From the NCBI GenBank assembly GCA_965208835.1, contig OZ242358.1:3936001-4000000 (forward strand): DNA of 64,000 nucleotides, given 5' to 3'. Below are positions 41,378 to 51,708 of this stretch, one piece after another. The position numbers and the translations under genes were made by a program. Source of the DNA: Candidatus Latescibacterota bacterium (GTDB lineage: Bacteria > Latescibacterota > UBA2968 > GCA-2709665). The notes under the pieces were generated by a model. The model was not told the origin of the DNA. It searched no databases and was given only the letters and a program-made list of their open reading frames with translations. Position 1 is the stretch's first letter; each line of letters opens with the position of its first letter.

Positions 41378-41489
41378 CGGGCTACCGTCGGGTTTACGCA
41401 AGCGGACACGCATTCATCCCGTCAAAGGCCGGCATTGCCTGCGTAACACGGACTGCGGTGGCAGCGGGGTCAGAGAACGGAGAAAAACA

Positions 41490-42470
41490 ATGCGAGAAAT
41501 CGTGATGTTCGGCGGCACGGCGCATCCGGAGCTGGCGGAGAACATCTGCAGCCACCTCGGTGCAGCCCGCAGCCGCAGCACGCTGAATCAGTTCAGCAAC
41601 GGATGCTTCCAGGTGCAACTCGAGGCCAACTGCCGGGAGGCCGACGTCTTTCTCATACAACCGATGGTGATGCCGGTTCACGACCATCTGATGGAACTGT
41701 TGCAGATGCTTGACGCCGCCAGGGGCGCATCGGCGGCGCGTACGACGGCCGTGATCCCCTATTTCGGCTATGCGCGATCGGACAAGAAGGACGCGCCCCG
41801 GATCTCAATTGCGGCCCGGCTCGTTGCGGACCTGCTTTGCACGGCCGGCGCCAGCCGCGTGCTCACCATGACGCTGCACGCGGCCCAGGTGCACGGCTTC
41901 TTCAGCGTACCTGTGGACCACCTCAACGCGCTCCACATTTTAGCCGGCCACTTTCAGGGTCGCGACCTTGAGAATACCGTGGTGGTGTCGCCTGACCTTG
42001 GACGGGCTAAAGAAGCCGCCCACTTCGCCAGGATGCTGGGGCTGCCCGTGGCCGCGGGCAGCAAGCGCCGGATCAGCGACCGGGAGGTCGTTATCGACGC
42101 GATTGTAGGCGACGTCAACGGCAAACGCGTGATCGTCCTGGACGATGAGATCGCCACCGGCGGTACGATTGTCGAATTGATCCGCCGTCTACGCGAGCGG
42201 AGAGTTAACCAGATCACCATCACCTGCACACACGGACTCTTTTCGAGCAATGACCTCGAGCGATTCTGCGCATTGGACGAAGTCCGGGAGGTCGTGACGA
42301 CGGATACGGTGCCCCGGTCCGCGGCGATTCAGTCGCACGAGAAACTGACGACTTTGTCCGTGGCGCCCCTGCTTGCCGAAGCCATTCGCAGGATTCACAA
42401 CGGCGAGTCGGTCAGCAGCCTGTTCACCGAACCCGAATGGATCGCGGAAGACGAATCCGGGAGCGCGTAA
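41490..42470 (+). CDS. prs: Ribose-phosphate pyrophosphokinase
   Basis: PYFGYARSDKK, VVSPDLG and DDEIATGGT. Confidence 0.93.
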   Translation: MREIVMFGGTAHPELAENICSHLGAARSRSTLNQFSNGCFQVQLEANCREADVFLIQPMVMPVHDHLMELLQMLDAARGASAARTTAVIPYFGYARSDKKDAPRISIAARLVADLLCTAGASRVLTMTLHAAQVHGFFSVPVDHLNALHILAGHFQGRDLENTVVVSPDLGRAKEAAHFARMLGLPVAAGSKRRISDREVVIDAIVGDVNGKRVIVLDDEIATGGTIVELIRRLRERRVNQITITCTHGLFSSNDLERFCALDEVREVVTTDTVPRSAAIQSHEKLTTLSVAPLLAEAIRRIHNGESVSSLFTEPEWIAEDESGSA

Positions 42471-42553
42471 GGAATTGTTGAAGGCATCCCGTGTGCGGGA
42501 CAGCGGGACGGCAAGTCGTTCTGCGCGAAATCGAAGATTGAATAACGAGGCGA

Positions 42554-42654
42554 GGTCATTGAGCTTGTCGAAATGCCCGCGTTCCACTATCCCCAAGGAG
42601 CCAATCGACATCCCTTCGCCGACCCTTCGACAAGCTCAGGGAGCGGCTCAGGGC
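42554..42654. repeat. REP-like palindromic element, copy 2 (inverted)
   Basis: GGTCATTGAGCTTGTCGAAATGCCCGC...CCCTTCGCCGACCCTTCGACAAGCTCAGGGAGCGGCTCAGGGC is the reverse complement of the arms at 22476-22598. Confidence 0.8.
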
Positions 42655-42807
42655 TGATGCGCTGGTTCCTTTGCGTGTCGAAGGCGTTGTCCTGTGCTTG
42701 TCGACGGAGTACGAGCCGGGCGATTCGACGGCCGAAATCAGGCAACCCATTCGTGGGACAGAAAACTTGGTGTCGTTTAATTCTCTCTCTCATTCGAGGT
42801 ATTACCC

Positions 42808-44538
42808 ATGAACGAAGCCGACGGCAGCCGATCTGACGCCGAAGACGAAGTCGCTTCCGATTTTATCCGTGATGCCATTCGGGAGGACCTCGCCGACGGC
42901 CGGTACAGTGGCGTGATGACTCGTTTTCCCCCCGAGCCGAACGGGCATCTGCACATCGGCCACGCCAAGGCGATCTGTCTCAATTTCTGGGTTGCCGAGG
43001 AATTCGGCGGCGTCTGCAATCTCCGCTTTGATGACACGGACCCCGCCAAGGAAGAGGCCAGATATGTCGACGGAATCCAGCGGGATATCCGATGGCTGGG
43101 GTTTGACTGGGAGGACCGCCTCTATTTTGCCTCCGACTACTTCGAACAGCTCTACGAATTCGCCGTCAAATTGATCGAAAAGCGCAAAGCCTACGTGTGC
43201 GATTTGAACACGGCCGCGACCCGTACGTACCGGGGGTCGGTGACCTCACCGGGAAGAGAAAGCCCGTATCGAAACCGGTCCATCGACGAGAACCTGGACC
43301 TGTTTGCGCGGATGAGAGCCGGTGAATTTCAGGATGGCACGCGAACCCTGAGGGCGAAGATCGATATGGCGTCGCCCAACATGAACATGCGCGATCCAGT
43401 GATGTTTCGCATCCTCCGGGCGTCTCACTACCGCCGGGGAAACGCGTGGTGCATCTATCCGATGTACGATTTCACCCACGGGCAGTCGGACGCGATCGAG
43501 GGGGTTTCGCATTCCCTGTGTTCGCAGGAATTCGAAGACCACCGCCCCCTTTATGACTGGTATATCCGGGAGCTCGGGATTTTCCCTTCGCGTCAGATCG
43601 AATTTCCAAAGCTGTTCGTCACGCATACGGTGGTGGGAAAACGACATCTGCGGCCATTGATCGAAAAAGGGCTGCTGGCCGGATGGGACGATCCCAGGCT
43701 GATCACGCTATCGGGACTTCGGCGCAGGGGCGTGCCTCCTGAGGCGATTCGGAATTTCATCCGCCGCGTGGGAATGTCCAAACGAGATACAACTGCGGAG
43801 ATTGATCTCCTGGAGTTTCACATCAGGGACTATCTGAATCAGCATGCGCCCCGAGCAATGGGCGTAATCGATCCGCTCAAAGTGGTCATCGAGAATTACC
43901 CCGAAGACATGGAAGAAACGTTCGAGGCGCAGATCAATCCGGAAGACCCGTCGGCCGGGACGCGCACGGTGCCGTTTTCACGGGTGGTCTACATCGAGCG
44001 GGAGGATTTCATGGAGGACCCGCCCCGAAGATTCCGCCGCCTTGCGCCGGGGCGGGAGGTCAGGCTCCGCGCGGCCTGTTATATCACCTGCACGGACGTC
44101 GTGAAGGACGTGGATGGAAACGTCGTTGAACTTCGATGCACGTTCGACCCAGAGAGTCGGGGCGGGTCGACACCTGACGGCCGCAGGGTCCGAGGTACCA
44201 TCCACTGGGTGTCCGCCGCACACGCGGTTGAGGCGGAGGTGCGCCTGTACGATCGGCTGTTCAACGCGGAGAATCCGATGGAGGTTGCCGAAAGCGGGGA
44301 CATCAGCGAAACGGTGAACCCGAAATCTCTGGAGGTGCGGCCGAGCTGTTTTGTGGAGTCCACGGTCAAGGACGCGGAACCCGGTGCCCAGTTTCAATTC
44401 GAACGATTGGGATATTTCTGCGTGGACCCGGATTCGACGCCCGATAAGCTCGTTTTCAACCGCACGATGACGCTGCGCGATACCTGGGCCCGGATGCAGA
44501 AGAGAGGGAATCCGCCCAGGGCGACGCGTGGTGGTTGA
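42808..44538 (+). CDS. glnS: Glutamine--tRNA ligase
   Basis: [44 protein letters not shown] and FQFERLGYF. Confidence 0.96.
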   Translation: MNEADGSRSDAEDEVASDFIRDAIREDLADGRYSGVMTRFPPEPNGHLHIGHAKAICLNFWVAEEFGGVCNLRFDDTDPAKEEARYVDGIQRDIRWLGFDWEDRLYFASDYFEQLYEFAVKLIEKRKAYVCDLNTAATRTYRGSVTSPGRESPYRNRSIDENLDLFARMRAGEFQDGTRTLRAKIDMASPNMNMRDPVMFRILRASHYRRGNAWCIYPMYDFTHGQSDAIEGVSHSLCSQEFEDHRPLYDWYIRELGIFPSRQIEFPKLFVTHTVVGKRHLRPLIEKGLLAGWDDPRLITLSGLRRRGVPPEAIRNFIRRVGMSKRDTTAEIDLLEFHIRDYLNQHAPRAMGVIDPLKVVIENYPEDMEETFEAQINPEDPSAGTRTVPFSRVVYIEREDFMEDPPRRFRRLAPGREVRLRAACYITCTDVVKDVDGNVVELRCTFDPESRGGSTPDGRRVRGTIHWVSAAHAVEAEVRLYDRLFNAENPMEVAESGDISETVNPKSLEVRPSCFVESTVKDAEPGAQFQFERLGYFCVDPDSTPDKLVFNRTMTLRDTWARMQKRGNPPRATRGG

Positions 44539-44677
44539 GGCGCCTTCGGATTGGACCAGCGATTCGCCGGACGGTTGAATCGATGAATATTGTGGACGGA
44601 AGCAATCATGCCCGTACGGAAGACCGCACGGGCATCTTTGTTTCAGGGATGGTTAGCGACTGACAATGTATAGGGTT

Positions 44678-45058
44678 TTATTTCGGCGGAGGCTCACCGT
44701 TTGTGTTGAAAGGCGGAGGCGTCTGGAATTGTGTCCCCCTTGCCGTTTCCTCAGCAATCCATTTTTCAACCTGTTGTTGCACCTCAAGACGGCCCTTTTC
44801 CACGCCCTTCTTTAAATTTCTCGCCTTTACCCATTCAGTTATTGCGCCCATTGCGTCAATTGCCTCCACAACAAAATACGCTGTCGTTACGGCCAGGACA
44901 CCTACGGCAATAAGGTCCTTTAGAAAGTCAAAGTTCCATTGCCATTCCCTAAATACCCAAATTCGAAATATCAATCCAACTGCACATAGCGCCAGAGAAA
45001 GAATCCGGAACCAGAGCCGTTCATCTTCCTTGACGCTCCAAATTGAAACCCACTCCAT
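44678..45058 (-). CDS. Hypothetical low-GC membrane protein
   Basis: Two TM helices and a KKGVEKGRLEVQQ...PPPF tail; visibly AT-richer than its neighbours. Confidence 0.6.
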   Translation of the reverse strand: MEWVSIWSVKEDERLWFRILSLALCAVGLIFRIWVFREWQWNFDFLKDLIAVGVLAVTTAYFVVEAIDAMGAITEWVKARNLKKGVEKGRLEVQQQVEKWIAEETARGTQFQTPPPFNTNGEPPPK

Positions 45059-45357
45059 CTATGCGTTTTTCACCTTCGATTTCCGCCGTTCAATGTCTGG
45101 CTGGCCGCACACACGAGAAAGTGCCTTCAAAAGATTTACGTACGTACACGGTAAAACGTCCGAGAATCTTGGTTTCGTTTCATCTAACCCGCCTGTTTGT
45201 CTTTTTCATTCTATTGTTCGACGTGACTCAGAAATCCTTCGATGGGTTAATTATATCCAACAAGAGTTCATCTTTCAAGAGATTTTTCTGATCGAACCAT
45301 TGTTTTTCTCAAGTCGGCACCTTGAAGACCGGAGCGGATACAGACGTCAGACACAGG

Positions 45358-46083
45358 CTAGTGGGCGAACCTAAGACCGATGGCAAAAGTCCACGATACG
45401 TAGGCCTGGTTCCATCCATAACTCCTGATAATATCCCGGCCGGGTTCCGCAATATAGTCGAATACGGCTAGATTTAACCGGATTTCCGTGAAAACTCTGG
45501 AAGAACTCTTCCTTATCCGGGCTTCGCCGCCCGCTGCGAGCTGAAAAAACGGACCATTATCCCAATCGAGGCGCTCGTACGGTTCACTTTCCCGCAGCCC
45601 GTATATCCCGATACCGAGCCCAAGAGTGGGCGTTAACGTAGAGTCCGTCACCGCACGTCCCCGGACAAATACAAATACCGCCCGGAAAGACCTGGTAAAA
45701 TCCGTCGCTCTGACTCTCTCCTTGCGGGTGTTCTCAGAGATTGACGGGCCGGATAACCCGTCTTTGGAAAAAATGGCGGTTCCGATTCCCAAGTCGAACT
45801 GATCGATGTGCAAGAACAGGTCCCCGGCAAGAACAAGCCCTGCATGTATTCGATGGAAATCCGTTTGAGCGGTCAGCAGATCCCCCTCGCTATCTCTGCC
45901 GCAGTAGACCCACGCGGTCCGCAGTTCCCGCAGATTCCGATCTCCGGGGCGAACGCTGCCGCAGTAGAGACGACTGACGCCAGGAATGGAATAGCCGCCG
46001 GAGATACTCGCACCCAACTCCTGTGCATTTGACGTACCGGCCGCAAGGAAGAAAACGACCGTGAAACCGATAGCACGCCGCAT
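45358..46083 (-). CDS. Putative outer-membrane beta-barrel protein
   Basis: Signal peptide (AAGTSNAQE), alternating beta-strand pattern and C-terminal FAIGLRF. Confidence 0.6.
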   Translation of the reverse strand: MRRAIGFTVVFFLAAGTSNAQELGASISGGYSIPGVSRLYCGSVRPGDRNLRELRTAWVYCGRDSEGDLLTAQTDFHRIHAGLVLAGDLFLHIDQFDLGIGTAIFSKDGLSGPSISENTRKERVRATDFTRSFRAVFVFVRGRAVTDSTLTPTLGLGIGIYGLRESEPYERLDWDNGPFFQLAAGGEARIRKSSSRVFTEIRLNLAVFDYIAEPGRDIIRSYGWNQAYVSWTFAIGLRFAH

Positions 46084-46449
46084 TCGGTCCCTCCGCACGA
46101 TGAAAGTCACGCAGAGGTGTATAGATCAAGAAGCGTGCCAAGATTCCCCGGGGTCAGTCTTGTTATACATCCGCCCTATATGTTCTATGACTTATATTTA
46201 ATAATATTAATCAGTTACTTGTTATTTCGAGAAGTGTCTCGGCGTCGGTCAACCGTGGCTGAGACTCAAGATTCGCCACCCATTTTCGGTGATAAACGTG
46301 GGCGCGATGCACACCTGTGGCGAGCCCTCGACAGTCGCCGCAGTCGAATAATGGATTGGAAATTGAATGCGTGTCGCTTATTGTAATACGGAAGATCCGG
46401 TAAACCCGCGCGAAGGCTGATCCTCCAGGCTTAACGTACGGCCTTCAAC

Positions 46450-46860
46450 CGCTCCCTAAGCCTGTCGAAGAGGCCTCCAGACAGACGAAGCGTCCGCGCA
46501 CCAGGCAGTCTTCAAAGACCATATGCGACACGTACAATCTAGAATACGGGAGATTCTTCGCTGCGCTGTGATTGACATGTCTTACGATAACCTTTGGCGA
46601 AACGCTGAGCCCACACCTTCGCAGAGCATGTCATCCTGAGGAGGCCAGCGCGCTCAGAATGACATGTCTTAAGATTGTCGTGCACGTGGCTTACCGCTGT
46701 CATCCAGAGGAGGCCACCAGGCCGACGAAGGATCTACTGCAGCATCGGTTCATCCCCGCGCGGTTTTCACGTGTCGATACCTGAGAGGCAGCACGTCCGC
46801 CTGCAGCGCGAGTCGGAGACGGCGAAAGATCCTTCCACTCAGCTCAGTTATGACATGCGT
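46450..46860. repeat. Cluster of decayed REP-like palindromes
   Basis: Fragments CCCTAAGCCTGTCGAAG, GATTCTTCGCTGCGCT, TGTCATCCTGAG, CGCTCAGAATGACA and CGAAGGATCT; TGACATGTCTTA occurs twice. Confidence 0.6.
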
Positions 46861-46985
46861 TGCAACAAAAACCGACCCATGGCAACCTGGTTTCGTTTAT
46901 CCGAGTCAAACCCGTACAAGATCGCGAATTGAAGCCACTTTTCGAACCTTATCTCTGAGAATCCCAGGGTTCTTGGAAAGGTGTG

Positions 46986-47450
46986 ATGTCAGAGAAACAG
47001 CTGAAACTGAAAGTCATGTGCTCGCGATTGCCGGGCCTCCGTTTCGAAGACCCTTACAAACACGAACCCAGGGTCAAGGAACCCGTGTATCTCGGAATCC
47101 AGCGCGGGACCGAGGTCATCGAACAGGCCCCCGCCGACCGGCATCGGGTGGTATTTCATCCTGAGTTCCGTATCGGGAAGCAACCTGACGGGTCCCCGAA
47201 TTTTCTGGGTCCGTACGCACAAGGCAGACCCCGGGACCGGTTCTTCTATCTTTCCTGGGGGGTGAAACGGTCCGATCGATTCAACATGTTCCGACGGCTC
47301 AAGATCCGCCTCACCCACCTGGAGTGGCCGGAGATCGAACAGGCGCTCGAGACGGACGAACCCATCGTCGTGAGGCTGAAGTTGACCGACGATCACGGCG
47401 GCCCCGCGTGCGGTACGCCGGACGACTCGCGGATCGCGTGGGGACGATGA
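46986..47450 (+). CDS. DUF5990-like protein
   Basis: LGIQRG...PNFLGPYAQG...RFFYLSWG...FRRLKI...LTDDHGGPACG pattern recognised from memory. Confidence 0.7.
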   Translation: MSEKQLKLKVMCSRLPGLRFEDPYKHEPRVKEPVYLGIQRGTEVIEQAPADRHRVVFHPEFRIGKQPDGSPNFLGPYAQGRPRDRFFYLSWGVKRSDRFNMFRRLKIRLTHLEWPEIEQALETDEPIVVRLKLTDDHGGPACGTPDDSRIAWGR

Positions 47451-47471
47451 CCTGCGTGGAGAGGGAAGAAG

Positions 47472-48137
47472 ATGCCCGTTGAAACCGTAGATTTGAAGTT
47501 TCTTGCGCCGGAAGAAAAGGGCGAGGTGTCGGCGTTGATCGCGAGGCCGAGCGGGGCGGATGCGCTGCTCGTGCTAGGCCACGGCGCGGGCACGAATATG
47601 CGCCACCCGTTCGTCCAGGACCTTAGCGACACGTTGAACGACGCAGGCATTGCCACATTTCGCTTCAACTATCCCTACTCAGAAAGGGGCGGCGGCATGG
47701 ATGGAGAGAAGGTGCGCCTGGCCACCGTCCGCGCCGCAATCGCTACCGCAATGAATCACGCGGACGACCTGCCCGTCTACGCGGGCGGACATTCCATGAG
47801 CGGGCGCATGGTCTCTATGGCCTGTTCGCAGGAACCGATGGATGGATTGAAGGGCATTGTGTTTTTTGCATTTCCGCTTCACGCGGGAAAACCGAACGCC
47901 GAACGCGCCGCGCATCTGCAGGATGTCACGGTACCGATGCTGTTTCTGTCTGGGCAGCGGGACAAGATGGCGGACATGAAACTGCTCGGGCCGGTTGTCA
48001 ATGGGCTGGACGGCGCCACGCTCCACGTTGTGGATACGGCCGATCACGGATTCAAGGTGCTGAAGCGGAGGAATACGGACGAACCCGTTCTGGAGGAACT
48101 GGCCAGGGTGGCCGGTGGTTGGATGCGAGGCGACTGA
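47472..48137 (+). CDS. Alpha/beta hydrolase
   Basis: HGAG, GGHSMSGR nucleophile elbow, FPLH and ADHGF. Confidence 0.85.
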   Translation: MPVETVDLKFLAPEEKGEVSALIARPSGADALLVLGHGAGTNMRHPFVQDLSDTLNDAGIATFRFNYPYSERGGGMDGEKVRLATVRAAIATAMNHADDLPVYAGGHSMSGRMVSMACSQEPMDGLKGIVFFAFPLHAGKPNAERAAHLQDVTVPMLFLSGQRDKMADMKLLGPVVNGLDGATLHVVDTADHGFKVLKRRNTDEPVLEELARVAGGWMRGD

Positions 48138-48171
48138 AGGATCGTTCGCGGCTTGTTTGGAGGAATACGGT

Positions 48172-48630
48172 ATGATTGAAAAGATCCATGAACCCGATTT
48201 AGACGAAAAGTTGCATCGTTCGCCCCGCGGGAGTTTCTGCGTGTCGCGAAAGGACATTTCTGGCGCCCTGGAAACCGAAGGTCAGCCGTTCGAGGTCGAC
48301 TGGGTGCGCCTTCCCGCCGGCATGACCAACTTCCCGTATCACGCACACCAGGTCCAGTGGGAGTTCTATATTGTCGTCAGCGGCCGCGGAATCGTCAGGC
48401 GGAACGACCGTACGTTCGAGGTGGAGTCCGGCGACGTGTTCGTCCAGCCGCCCGGCACGGCGCACCACATTCGCAATCCCAGCGAGGACGAGGACCTGGT
48501 CTACTACGTGATCGCCGACAATCCCGTTTGCGATCCCTGCTACTATCCGGATTCGGACAAGTGGGCCATCCGTCCGCCAGGCAAACTGGGCCGTATGACC
48601 GACGCGGAGTACTACGACGGAGAAGAGTAG
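48172..48630 (+). CDS. Cupin-domain protein
   Basis: PYHAHQVQWEFYIVVSGRG...PPGTAHHIRN cupin motifs. Confidence 0.85.
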   Translation: MIEKIHEPDLDEKLHRSPRGSFCVSRKDISGALETEGQPFEVDWVRLPAGMTNFPYHAHQVQWEFYIVVSGRGIVRRNDRTFEVESGDVFVQPPGTAHHIRNPSEDEDLVYYVIADNPVCDPCYYPDSDKWAIRPPGKLGRMTDAEYYDGEE

Positions 48631-48679
48631 AAATAAACCGTCTGGAACTCAATTCCTGCGGAGTTACATCATCACAAGG

Positions 48680-48708
48680 AGGGCGTGGCTATACCGGCGC
48701 CCTTTTTT
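48680..48708 (+). terminator. Probable intrinsic terminator after the cupin gene
   Basis: AGGGCG...CGCCCT stem followed by a T run. Confidence 0.5.
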
Positions 48709-48722
48709 CATAAAACCCGATC

Positions 48723-48772
48723 TTGACATTGCCGTTTGTATGACGTATATTTTTTGAAAATTAATACGTCAT
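48723..48772 (+). promoter_or_regulatory. Sigma-70 promoter with overlapping operator palindrome for the TA operon
   Basis: TTGACA-N17-TATATT; inverted repeat ATGACGTAT (48740-48748) / ATACGTCAT (48764-48772). Confidence 0.75.
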
Positions 48773-48790
48773 GAAGATTGAGAGATCGAA

Positions 48791-49021
48791 ATGCAGACCA
48801 AACTCACCCTTCGGCTGGAAGAAGAACTCATCGGCGTCGCCAAGGAATTCGCGAGGTCCAGAGGGAAATCCGTCTCCAGGATCGTTGCCGATTATTTCGC
48901 ACTCCTGGGACGTGAACAGGAAGGACTTGATATCAGTCCCAAGGTGCGATCAATGAGAGGCTCGTTGCGAGGCGCCAACGCGGAGGATTACCGGAGGTAT
49001 CTCGAGGACAAATACCTTTGA
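48791..49021 (+). CDS. Putative antitoxin (DUF6364/RHH-like)
   Basis: MQTKLTLRLEEELIGVAKEFA...SVSRIVADYF...YLEDKYL; overlaps the PIN gene by 4 nt. Confidence 0.8.
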   Translation: MQTKLTLRLEEELIGVAKEFARSRGKSVSRIVADYFALLGREQEGLDISPKVRSMRGSLRGANAEDYRRYLEDKYL

Positions 49022-49479
49022 AGATTCTCTTCGATACCAACGTGGTGCTGGATCTGCTGTTGGATCGCGAACCGTTTTCAGATACCGCCGCCAGGCTTTT
49101 TTCCAGGGCCGACGAGGGCGACTTTTCCGGGTTTATCAATGCGACGACCGTGACAACGGTTCACTATCTCGCGTGCGGGACGGTGGGAGACCGGCGGGCG
49201 CGCCGCGATATCGGAAACCTGATAGACCTGTTTGACGTCGCGCCAGTAAACCTGGCCGTGCTGGAAGGAGCCCTCCATTCGAAATTCACGGACTTCGAGG
49301 ACGCAGTAATGTATCATGCGGCCCTGAACGTAAATGCGGACGGCATCGTAACCCGAAACGTCGGCGACTTCAAACGCGCGACGATCCCGGTATACACGCC
49401 TGAAGAACTGGATCACTTGATGCAGATTACGGACGAAATAGCGGACGGCGAGGGGCAAGGGGACGATGATGTAGGTTGA
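49018..49479 (+). CDS. PIN-domain (VapC-like) toxin
   Basis: ILFDTNVVLD, DFEDAV and IVTRN..DF PIN motifs. Confidence 0.9.
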   Translation: MKILFDTNVVLDLLLDREPFSDTAARLFSRADEGDFSGFINATTVTTVHYLACGTVGDRRARRDIGNLIDLFDVAPVNLAVLEGALHSKFTDFEDAVMYHAALNVNADGIVTRNVGDFKRATIPVYTPEELDHLMQITDEIADGEGQGDDDVG

Positions 49480-49564
49480 ATCTGCGTTAGGGACAGAACC
49501 CACTTACACGAGCCCCGGAGAGTCGCTTCCCCGGGGCCTTGTCATGCTCACGGACGTCCATGGA

Positions 49565-50551
49565 TCAGGGGACCGACGACAGGAGATATTCAGGCGGGGT
49601 CTCGCCCTGGCGAATGACGGTAAAGTCCCTGCCCGCAGGGATGAGAAAGGTATCCCCTTTCCCCGCGCGGAACGCGTCGCCACCGCCCCGGATCCCGGCG
49701 CTTCCCTGAATAAACGTAACCGCTGACACCGAATTGCGAGGTGGATGGTCGACCCTGTTTCCGGTGGGATTAAAGCGTTCCAATCGGAAGTGTTCGGACT
49801 CAGCCAGGAGGGCCCGGCCGGGACGTTTCGAGAGCAGCGTGGACGAGGCGACGGGTCTCCTTCGCGGAGCTTCGAAGTCGATAACCGCCAGGGCGTCGTC
49901 AATATGCAACTCCCTGGGCTTCCCATCGGCGCCGGGGCGGTTGTAGTCGTAGATGCGGAAGGTTATGTCGCTGGATTGCTGGACCTCGTACACCATGACC
50001 CCGGCGCAGAGAGCGTGGACCGTTCCCGGCGGGATGAAGACGACGTCGCCGGGGCGGGCGTCGTAAAATTCGACGGCATCCGAGACGCGGTTGTTGTCGA
50101 TGGCATCCGCGAACGCGGATCGGTCAACCCCGGGCTTAAGGCCGCACGCGATGCGGCCGCTATCCGACCGGAGCACGTACCAGGCTTCCATTTTTCCGAA
50201 TTCTCCAGGATGTTTCATCCGGGCGTATGCATCGTCCGGGTGAACCTGAATGGAAAGGTCCTGCTGTGCGTCGAGGAGTTTGACAAGCAGAGGGAAATCG
50301 CCGTGGTAACGGTCGAAGACCGCCTCGCCGAGCAATTCGCGGCCGTGCGATTCAACCAGATTGCGAAGGGACCGTCCGGATAACGTGCCGCCCGCAACGG
50401 TGCTCTCCATGCCCGGGTACACGGAGACTTCCCAGGACTCGCCGTAGAGCCGGCCGGGAGGCAGGGCCTTGCCGAACTGCTCCCGCAGCCCGCGGCCGCC
50501 CCAGATCATCTCCCTCAAAAAGGGTTTGAGAGGAAGCACGCTCGGTAGCAT
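49565..50551 (-). CDS. manA: Mannose-6-phosphate isomerase, type I
   Basis: IWGG, GESWE, FPLLVKLLDA, LSIQVHP, GKMEAW and EVQQSSDITFR. Confidence 0.92.
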   Translation of the reverse strand: MLPSVLPLKPFLREMIWGGRGLREQFGKALPPGRLYGESWEVSVYPGMESTVAGGTLSGRSLRNLVESHGRELLGEAVFDRYHGDFPLLVKLLDAQQDLSIQVHPDDAYARMKHPGEFGKMEAWYVLRSDSGRIACGLKPGVDRSAFADAIDNNRVSDAVEFYDARPGDVVFIPPGTVHALCAGVMVYEVQQSSDITFRIYDYNRPGADGKPRELHIDDALAVIDFEAPRRRPVASSTLLSKRPGRALLAESEHFRLERFNPTGNRVDHPPRNSVSAVTFIQGSAGIRGGGDAFRAGKGDTFLIPAGRDFTVIRQGETPPEYLLSSVP

Positions 50552-51021
50552 GGCTGGATCCGTGTCGGATGATTCGCGTTACACGGCGATGGACGTTCGT
50601 TTCAAGATATCCGGTACGTCTGGCGATGTCAATGGCGTTCGGTTCAATGCACCCTTCCACCCGCCCCACAACCTGGTGAGACGTAAGAAGGGAGCCGGTA
50701 GATGAAGTCCTTGCCCGATAGGTTCTTTCGACTTGCCTACGGCACGATCAGATACCTTGCAAGGCAAGAGATCTCTCCCCTCTCCCGTCTTGCGTCTACC
50801 CAACTAGCAATTCACACATCTATAGTCGTATTGCCACGAAGTGCTTGCGCCAATTAATGTAACGAGGTACGAGGATATCTATTCCGCTTGCGGCGTTTGG
50901 GCTCAGACATTAGGTTATGTGCCCGTTTTGGGATCTGACGGAACGGCGAGTCGCAGGCCCCTGAAGCGGGCGCATCGGCCCCTGCCGGGATGCACAATCT
51001 GACCACTTCAAGAGGCTGGAT

Positions 51022-51624
51022 ATGTCGGGCGATAGAATCGTAGAACTGGAGCGCCGGATCGGTGAACTGATGGCGGAACTCCACGCCCTGCAGAAGGAAA
51101 ATCCGGCATCGGCGGTCGCCAATTACACGTTTGAAACGATGGCGGGCGAAGCCACGCTGCTCGACCTGTTCGGCGACAGGAACAGGCTGCTGGCCATACA
51201 CAACATGGGCCAGGGCTGCCGCTATTGCACGCTCTGGGCCGACGGCTTCAACGGACTGGTCCCGCATCTGGAGTCCGCTCTGGCGGTAGTCCTCCTGTCG
51301 AAGGACCCGCCGGAAACCCAGCGCCGTTTCGCGAACGCCCGAGGGTGGCGGTTTCAACTGGCCTCCCACGGCGGAGGGAAATACATCCGAGAGCAGTCCG
51401 TCATGGACGGGGACGACAACTACCCCGGGGCCGTGGTTTATGTGCGAGACGGAGACACGATTCTCCGCAAGAACGCGTGTGTCTTCGGACCTGGAGACAT
51501 CTACTGCGCGATGTGGACGCTGCTGGGCCTGGCGGGCCTCGGCGAAGCGGACTGGACGCCCCAATTCTCTTACTGGCGGCGCCCCGAGAGCCTGGATGAC
51601 GGCGGCCGGAACGTCCTGGGCTGA
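51022..51624 (+). CDS. DUF899 family (thioredoxin-like) protein
   Basis: LLDLFGDR..L...HNMGQGCRYCTLWADG CxxC pattern. Confidence 0.75.
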   Translation: MSGDRIVELERRIGELMAELHALQKENPASAVANYTFETMAGEATLLDLFGDRNRLLAIHNMGQGCRYCTLWADGFNGLVPHLESALAVVLLSKDPPETQRRFANARGWRFQLASHGGGKYIREQSVMDGDDNYPGAVVYVRDGDTILRKNACVFGPGDIYCAMWTLLGLAGLGEADWTPQFSYWRRPESLDDGGRNVLG

Positions 51625-51708
51625 GTACGGAACAAGGTGCGAAGCGCGCAGGGAGTCAATCGCCAGGCGGCTTTTCATTTCTCCTGCGCGCGTCGTTTTG
51701 AGGTTTCG

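Noticed and set aside
46450-46860. CRISPR array
   Set aside because: The repeats are degenerate, irregularly spaced and palindromic; there are no cas genes in the window.
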